From assembly GCA_050011565.1 (NCBI GenBank), contig JBEKIW010000004.1, positions 32,001 through 96,000 of the forward strand: 64,000 nt of DNA. Direction: 5' to 3'. The position numbers and the translations under genes are program-made. The stretch's first letter is position 1; every line of letters starts with the position of its first letter. The notes below the pieces were generated by a model. The model did not search any database. It was not told where the DNA came from and saw only the letters and a list, made by a program, of their open reading frames with translations. Positions 57,952 to 64,000 of the stretch are shown here, one piece after another. The DNA is from Dehalococcoidia bacterium. Lineage in GTDB: Bacteria > Chloroflexota > Dehalococcoidia > GIF9 > UBA5629.

Positions 57952-59577
57952 CTATCTTCTGGCTTTATATCGCCGCCAGGTTATTGTCGCCAAGCCCACT
58001 ATCCCAGCGATAAACACTAGTGGGATAACCAGAGACAAAATAAGGACTCGACTTGACATGGGTATTACTTCAAATTCGTTAGCATCTGACCACAACCCTT
58101 CATTGCCGATGTCATCCACAGCCATTACTCGCCAGGTATAGCTGCCTATAGTTACGATGTCATCTCTGGATAAACTGTACTCTGAATCTACCAGCCCTTT
58201 CTTTAAGACAGTCGGTGATGAAAAGTCATTACCATTGGCAATCTCCAAGTTGTACGTTGTTTTACCCTGGACTTTAATATCCGACCAATCAAATGTAACA
58301 TCAGGCGCCACAAGTCCTCGTTTGTCAGCGCTTTGAAACGAGATGATTCCCATCAGTTGCTTGGCTGTCCCAAGAAATACATCACCAACTGAATCAAAAA
58401 CCGCTAATTTAGCTCCCTGCGCGGGGGATACTAGCGATGGTGCAGTAGGTGTGACTTTGTCGATTATGAAAATAGTTTCTGCCGAACCGCCTGCTCCTCC
58501 TGTAGCTTTCACTTTGTTTTCTTTGATAGTACTTTGAGGGGCTTCAAAACTGGTACTAAAGCTACCTTTATCGTCGGCAATGGCATTTGTACTGAGGTTA
58601 GTTCCTTCAAAGCTCAAGCTAATAGCTTCATCCTTGTTGAAGCCTGTTCCGTTAACAATGACCTTTGTCCCCTTGTTTCCCGAAGGCGGCTCTAATTGGA
58701 TATTTGGAACCACGTTAAAATCCATATCAGGGATGATTCCTTTAGGTGTGAAATCGCTACCAAAGATGCCAAGCAGGTGAGGTCCTTTAGTGGTGGGTGG
58801 AATATTCAAAGTAGCATTCAAGACTCCATCTGTGCCCGCTATAAGATTGACCAGGAATATTTGATTATCCCATGTAAAGGTGATCCCGTCCTCACTGGTT
58901 CGGAAGCCATATCCTTCTACTGTAATCTCCGTTCCTACCGGACCGGAGTTCGGTTGTATCTTAACAAATGGTGCAACAATGAATTTGTGCTCGCCGATTT
59001 CAGAGGCATCAGTCGAACTGCTGAAAGCACTGATATAGTATTCACCCTTAGTCGGCTCGGGGGCGTCAAAATTGACGCTCCACATACCGAGATGGTTGGC
59101 AGTAGCAGAAAACGGGAGGGCGGTTTTATTCCACGTTACTTTAATATCTTTTTCGAAGCAGACGAAGCCGTTACCAGTAACCGTAAGCGATGTATATGGC
59201 CGGCCAATACGCGGAAATATTTCTATTCCGGGCAATACGGTGAATGTAGCTGATGCGGTGCTGCCGGTCCAATTGCTGTCGTCTGTAATTCTAATGGTGT
59301 AGCTGCCTCGACAGACTGTTGGTACCTGCAAATCGAATGCTAACTCACCAGTGTCAGATATAGGTACCTTGCTCAATATAATTTGTTTATCCCAGTAGAT
59401 GGTAGCCAATCGGCCGGAGAATCCATCACCGCTGATATGCACGGATGTATTGACGGTGCCTGACGTAGGCGCTATCGTAATATTAGAAGCATGAGTGGGT
59501 ACAGGGGAGGCCAGAAATATGAGCGGGAGAACAATAATTATAGCTAAGAACGTAAGTAAAACTTTAGAATGTGCCAA
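57952..59577 (-). CDS. Secreted IPT/TIG-repeat surface protein with C-terminal TM anchor (paralog of 39283-41034)
   Basis: Signal peptide, P.SG..GT...V.G.GF repeats, YTWRVMAVDDIGN, C-terminal TM plus basic tail. Confidence 0.82.
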   Translation of the reverse strand: MAHSKVLLTFLAIIIVLPLIFLASPVPTHASNITIAPTSGTVNTSVHISGDGFSGRLATIYWDKQIILSKVPISDTGELAFDLQVPTVCRGSYTIRITDDSNWTGSTASATFTVLPGIEIFPRIGRPYTSLTVTGNGFVCFEKDIKVTWNKTALPFSATANHLGMWSVNFDAPEPTKGEYYISAFSSSTDASEIGEHKFIVAPFVKIQPNSGPVGTEITVEGYGFRTSEDGITFTWDNQIFLVNLIAGTDGVLNATLNIPPTTKGPHLLGIFGSDFTPKGIIPDMDFNVVPNIQLEPPSGNKGTKVIVNGTGFNKDEAISLSFEGTNLSTNAIADDKGSFSTSFEAPQSTIKENKVKATGGAGGSAETIFIIDKVTPTAPSLVSPAQGAKLAVFDSVGDVFLGTAKQLMGIISFQSADKRGLVAPDVTFDWSDIKVQGKTTYNLEIANGNDFSSPTVLKKGLVDSEYSLSRDDIVTIGSYTWRVMAVDDIGNEGLWSDANEFEVIPMSSRVLILSLVIPLVFIAGIVGLATITWRRYKARR

Positions 59578-59765
59578 TTTATACCCTTCCTCAATATTTT
59601 GTCGTTAAACAAAGTAGTTTATAGTGGTGGGAAGGAAAAATCAAATCAAAATCCTTGGGGATGTCAAAACTTGTGCTGGGGTTATCGCTACCATTAATAC
59701 GAAGTTGGCTTGACAATGCAAACGTCATATTGATAGACTTTCGCCGGTTGGGTATTTCTTAGCGT

Positions 59766-59839
59766 GGCCCCGTGGTGTAGCGGACTAACATGCCACCCTG
59801 TCACGGTGGAGATCGTGGGTTCGAATCCCATCGGGGTCG
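59766..59839 (+). tRNA. tRNA-Asp (anticodon GUC), CCA not encoded
   Basis: GGCCCCG/CGGGGTC acceptor, CCACC-CTGTCAC-GGTGG anticodon arm, GTTCGAATC; TTGACA promoter at 59710. Confidence 0.96.
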
Positions 59840-59919
59840 CATTCTTTATGTGCAAGTGGAATTTCCGAACCCGGATTCATTCAATCAAGATATTGCCAGT
59901 TACCTGATTTTAAAAGCAA

Positions 59920-61518
59920 TTAGCCCAGCTTACGCAGTTCCGCTCTCAAAACTTTGCCTAAAAGGTTCTTAGGCAATGCGTCAATAAATTCTACACTCTT
60001 AGGCGTTTTAAAGGTGGGCAGGCATTCCTTGCAAAAAGCTATCATCTCTTGTTCGTTAGCTTGCTCCTGCGCTTTGAGCACAACGAAAGCCTTTATTTCT
60101 TCTCCATAGGTCTTATCCGGGACGCCGATAACACCGGCTTCGGCAACCTTGTGATTTCGATAAAGAACCTCTTCTATTTCTCGTGGAGATACATTTTCTC
60201 CCCCACGGATGATAATATCCTTTTTCCGATCAGTGATGTACAGATAACCGTCTTCATCCATATAGCCTATATCACCTGTGTAAAGCCAGCCGTTCCTGAT
60301 AGCCTGTGCTGTATCCTCAGGCAGGTTCCAGTAGCCTTTCATCAAAGTAGGGCCCTTTACTACGATCTCGCCTCGTTGTCCCTGCGGTAGCTCGTGGTCG
60401 TTGTCGTCAAAAACTTTGATAACGTTGCATCTTAACAGGTTCTTGCCGATAGAGCCGTATTTAGGCGGGAGGTCAACCGGTTGTCCGGTGGTAGTGGCTC
60501 CCGATTCGGTTAGCCCCCAACCTTCTTTTATATCCACTCCTGTCTTTTCTTTCCACCTCAAGGCGATTTCCACAGGAAGTGCTGCTCCGCCGGAATTGCA
60601 GGATTGAAGTGAACTTAAATCGTATTTGTCCAGGTCTGGGAAATCCAGCATCTGTATGTACATGGTGGGCACCGCTGCCATATGTGTAATCTTAAATGAT
60701 TGAATCGCTTTCAGGGCTTCCTCGACATTCCACCACCTGAGCACGACAGCTCTTCCACCTACGAAGGAACCCATAATGCTGAAGGCAATGCCATATGAGT
60801 GAGAAAGAGGCAGCACCCCCAGGCTGATCGTGGTCCGACTAACGCCGGTAATACCCAGCGATTCTTCGATTGGTTTAAGTGTCTTGGGGTCTATGGAATA
60901 GATTGTTGAGCGAACAGTCAGTGGCAGGTGGATGAGGACATATTCAAAAAAGCATAGGGCATTGATGTAAAGAGAATAGTGGGTATGCATCACTCCTTTA
61001 GGCTGACCTGTGGTGCCGGCAGTGTAGATTAAAGCTGCAACATCATTGTTATCGGTTTCTTCTGCAATTAGTTCGTCTGAGCTATCGGACATCAGTTTAC
61101 GGTATGAGAGCGTCCCGGGAATGTCATCTTTGTCGGTCAAGATGATATATTTCAACTTGGGAGCCTGTTTCTGTGCCTCTAGAATCCATCCCAGATAATC
61201 CGAGCTGGTAAGTAAAGCTTTGGCTCCGCAATCGCGATATATATAAGAGGCCTGGTCAGGCCGAAGCAGCGGATTTAAAGGTACTACTATGCCACCTATC
61301 TTGTATATGGCAGGGAAAGCTGAAAATACAGGCGGGCTGTTTGGCATCTGCACCGCTACCTGGTCCCCTTTGCCGATTCCAAGCCCCTTTAATGCATTGC
61401 CCAGTTGATTGGCGGTGCGATTTGTTTCAGCGTTGGTATACCATCTGCCTTCGAAGTAGATACTCTCATACTCCCCGAACCTTTTAACATTGTCCTCGAT
61501 GAGACTACCGATATTCAT
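59920..61518 (-). CDS. Long-chain fatty acid--CoA ligase (AMP-forming)
   Basis: YTAGTTGQPKG, GWGLTE, TGDIG, DRKKD, GKVLR. Confidence 0.93.
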   Translation of the reverse strand: MNIGSLIEDNVKRFGEYESIYFEGRWYTNAETNRTANQLGNALKGLGIGKGDQVAVQMPNSPPVFSAFPAIYKIGGIVVPLNPLLRPDQASYIYRDCGAKALLTSSDYLGWILEAQKQAPKLKYIILTDKDDIPGTLSYRKLMSDSSDELIAEETDNNDVAALIYTAGTTGQPKGVMHTHYSLYINALCFFEYVLIHLPLTVRSTIYSIDPKTLKPIEESLGITGVSRTTISLGVLPLSHSYGIAFSIMGSFVGGRAVVLRWWNVEEALKAIQSFKITHMAAVPTMYIQMLDFPDLDKYDLSSLQSCNSGGAALPVEIALRWKEKTGVDIKEGWGLTESGATTTGQPVDLPPKYGSIGKNLLRCNVIKVFDDNDHELPQGQRGEIVVKGPTLMKGYWNLPEDTAQAIRNGWLYTGDIGYMDEDGYLYITDRKKDIIIRGGENVSPREIEEVLYRNHKVAEAGVIGVPDKTYGEEIKAFVVLKAQEQANEQEMIAFCKECLPTFKTPKSVEFIDALPKNLLGKVLRAELRKLG

Positions 61519-61751
61519 GATTCCTCTTTCCCCGGCTTTCTAATTTTAGGCGGTAACCGATTTTAACTGCCCTGAAGGTTGATAGGATAGTACACTTGTA
61601 GATTTTCAACGTCAAGTCTTGTGAAATATATAGGAATTTATTCCTATATATACTTGTCTGAAGTTGCAAAGGTTTGACTGGTAACGGGGGCTGTGCTAGT
61701 CTACAGTTACTGTTTTTTCCGTCCAACAATTGTTAATCAGGAGGTTAATTA

Positions 61752-63194
61752 ATGGTAGGCATTAAATCATACGGCGCTTACATCCCAAGGTATCGGATAA
61801 ATCACAATACAATCTTTTCTGCAGTAGGGTTCCTTGGTACTTTTCCGCCACCGGGTGAGAACGCAGTTGCCAACCATGATGAGGATACGCTTAGCATGGC
61901 AGTAGCTGCCGGCGTTGATTGCTTGAATAGCATGAAAAGAGAGGAGATAGAAGGACTCTATCTGGCAACCACCAGCCAGCCCTATATGTTAAGGCAGAAC
62001 TCAGCATTAGTGGCGGCTGCACTGGACCTGCAAAATAATATTAGAACTGCAGATTTCCTTGGCTCTAACAAGGCAGGAACGGGTGCACTTCTTTCTGCCT
62101 TTGACGCCGTCAAAGGCGGTACATTAACCAATGTACTGGTCTGTGCCTCTGATTGCCGTGTAAGTAAACCGGGTAGCTCGCAAGAGCCTCTATATGGTGA
62201 TGCCGCTGCCGCTGTCCTTATGAGCAGTGATGACGTCATTGCTACACTCGAAGGTCACTTTTCTATATCTTATGATTTTCCTGACCGCTGGAAAGCAACC
62301 AGTGATAAATTTGAACATGCCTGGGAAGATAGGTTTATTCGCGACGCGGGCTATACCAAGATTATACCCGAGGCAATTTCCGGCCTGCTGAAAAAGTACA
62401 ACTTAGCTATTACTGACTTCACCAAAATTGCATTTCCTGACCTTTATCCTAGAGAACATGCCGCGATAGTCAAACGATTGGGCGCCGACCCTCGCCAGAT
62501 TCAGACATCGTTGCTGGATAAAGTCGGTGATAGCGGTGCGGCTTCGCCCCTGATGATGCTGGTGGCAGCGCTGGAAGATGCCAAGCCAGGGGATAAGATA
62601 ATGGTTGCCAGCTTCGGAAATGGCAGCGATGCTATGTTTTTCCAGGTAACTGAAAAGATTAAGAAGATAGGTGATAGGCGTGGCATAAAGAAGAATTTGG
62701 AGACGAAAAAGGAGCTTGCCAGTTACGAAAAATACCTCGCCTTTCGTAATCTGACACCTGTGGAGTTGGGGATGCGGGGTGAAATAGGTTTTCGCACTCC
62801 CATGTCTACATTGTTCAGGGAACGAGAAACAGTTTTGGCCCTGTGCGGCTCTAAATGTAAGCGTTGCGGGACGCCGCAATATCCACGCCAAAGAATATGC
62901 GTTAATCCTGACTGTGGTGCTGTAGACCAAATGGAGGGCTATCGTTTTTCTGATAAAAAAGGTGTGCTGTTTACTTATACAGGTGACAATCTGGCAGCCA
63001 GCATTGACCCGCCCGCGATTTATGGGTTCGTAGATTTTGATGGCGGAGGAAGGTTCTGGTTTGACATTACTGATTGCGACCTGGACTCGACTAAAGTGGG
63101 CATGCCTGTGGAGATGACCTTTCGCAGGAGATATGTTGATGAGAGCGGTGGTGTTTATGGCTATTCCTGGAAAGCAATGCCAGTGCGTGCCTAA
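61752..63194 (+). CDS. HMG-CoA synthase-like / DUF35 (zinc ribbon plus OB-fold) fusion protein
   Basis: GI.SYGAYIPRYR, DEDTLSM, GDAAAA, SFGNG; C-terminal CKRCG..YP...C.NPDC and OB-fold ending WKA.P. Confidence 0.88.
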   Translation: MVGIKSYGAYIPRYRINHNTIFSAVGFLGTFPPPGENAVANHDEDTLSMAVAAGVDCLNSMKREEIEGLYLATTSQPYMLRQNSALVAAALDLQNNIRTADFLGSNKAGTGALLSAFDAVKGGTLTNVLVCASDCRVSKPGSSQEPLYGDAAAAVLMSSDDVIATLEGHFSISYDFPDRWKATSDKFEHAWEDRFIRDAGYTKIIPEAISGLLKKYNLAITDFTKIAFPDLYPREHAAIVKRLGADPRQIQTSLLDKVGDSGAASPLMMLVAALEDAKPGDKIMVASFGNGSDAMFFQVTEKIKKIGDRRGIKKNLETKKELASYEKYLAFRNLTPVELGMRGEIGFRTPMSTLFRERETVLALCGSKCKRCGTPQYPRQRICVNPDCGAVDQMEGYRFSDKKGVLFTYTGDNLAASIDPPAIYGFVDFDGGGRFWFDITDCDLDSTKVGMPVEMTFRRRYVDESGGVYGYSWKAMPVRA

Positions 63195-63226
63195 GCGTCA
63201 AAACTGACTTTACGGAGGATACGAAA

Positions 63227-64000
63227 ATGGCAGAAGGTATTAGAGATAAGGTAGCTATCATCGGCATGGGCTGTACAAAATTTGGTGAGTTGTGGGATAA
63301 AGGCGCTGAAGACCTGATGGTGGACGCCTTCCAGGAATGCATTGAGGACGCCGGTATGGAAAAGAAGGATATCCAGGCAGCCTGGTTTGGCGTGCATTTT
63401 GAGGAGCAAAGTGTGGGAAAAGGGGCTACCTCTATGGCACTAGCGCTAAAGCTTCCTTTTATTCCTGTTACCAGGGTTGAAAACTTCTGCGCTACCGGCA
63501 CGGAAGCTCTGAGAGGGGCTTGTTACGGCGTAGCTTCGGGGGCATACGATATCGCTTTAGCCTTAGGTGTGGAAAAGCTAAAGGATACCGGGTATGGCGG
63601 CCTTCCCGGCGGCCAGGGCCTTTTAGGGTCCAGAAATGCGCTTATAATGCCTAAAATAACAGCACCGGGAAGTTTTGCCATGCTGGCGACGAGGTATTTC
63701 GCAGTGTACAGCCTCAGCCCCGAAGAAGGTAAGAAAATGCTGGCCAGGGTATCAGCCAAAAGCCATCATAATGGTTCTTTGAACCCCAAGGCACATCTGC
63801 GACGCGAAATAACTGTGGAGCAGGTTATGAATGCTCCAATAATTGCCTGGCCGCTGGGGCTTTTCGATTGCTGCGGTGTCAGCGATGGTTCGGCAGCAGC
63901 TATCGTAACCACAGCTGAGCTGGCTAAAAAGTTCAGGCCTGACCCCGTATATATCAAATCTCTCCAGATTGCCTTAAGTTCGGGCGAGGAATTGATGTAT
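63227..64000 (+). CDS. Thiolase family protein (acetyl-CoA acetyltransferase-like); runs off the window edge
   Basis: Manual translation MAEGIRDKVAIIGMGCTKFGE...VTRVENFCATGTEALRGA...GVEKLKD...NPKAH...DCCGVSDGSAA; GGAGG RBS. Confidence 0.92.
   Translation, partial: MAEGIRDKVAIIGMGCTKFGELWDKGAEDLMVDAFQECIEDAGMEKKDIQAAWFGVHFEEQSVGKGATSMALALKLPFIPVTRVENFCATGTEALRGACYGVASGAYDIALALGVEKLKDTGYGGLPGGQGLLGSRNALIMPKITAPGSFAMLATRYFAVYSLSPEEGKKMLARVSAKSHHNGSLNPKAHLRREITVEQVMNAPIIAWPLGLFDCCGVSDGSAAAIVTTAELAKKFRPDPVYIKSLQIALSSGEELMY

Noticed and set aside
59790-59972. 60-aa ORF in the track
   Set aside because: Overlaps tRNA-Asp and the end of the CoA ligase gene; spurious.

Overview
A 64 kb bacterial chromosomal window, mostly housekeeping genes. 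Gene content and order resemble Dehalococcoidia (Chloroflexota); this is an inference from a division cluster reduced to mraZ-rsmH-ftsA, an N-terminally extended GreA, many C-terminally anchored Ig-fold surface proteins and CoA-dependent catabolic genes. The window holds mog-trmD-rplS-priA-def, comEA/comEC, smpB plus tmRNA, a complete selenocysteine locus (selD with in-frame UGA and SECIS, selA, selB, tRNA-Sec), thrS-infC-rpmI-rplT-pheS-pheT, the rpsB-tsf-pyrH-frr-cdsA-dxr-rseP-ispG-proS block (no uppS), thiC under a TPP riboswitch, cinA-speD-speB-greA, tRNA-Leu, tRNA-Asp and several acyl-CoA enzymes. The top finding is a double zinc-ribbon membrane protein gene between selB and selC. Its apparent TGA stop (19523-19525) is followed by a SECIS-like hairpin and 54 more sense codons ending flush against the selB stop, so it is a candidate selenoprotein of a family I do not recognise. 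Other points: an in-frame amber codon splitting comEA, two tandem membrane micro-peptides and a possible structured RNA in the sel locus, MraZ-type boxes in front of an unknown wHTH gene, a tRNA-Leu with C33, and a catalytically degenerate HMG-CoA-synthase/DUF35 fusion beside a thiolase. I saw no integrase, transposase or CRISPR array.
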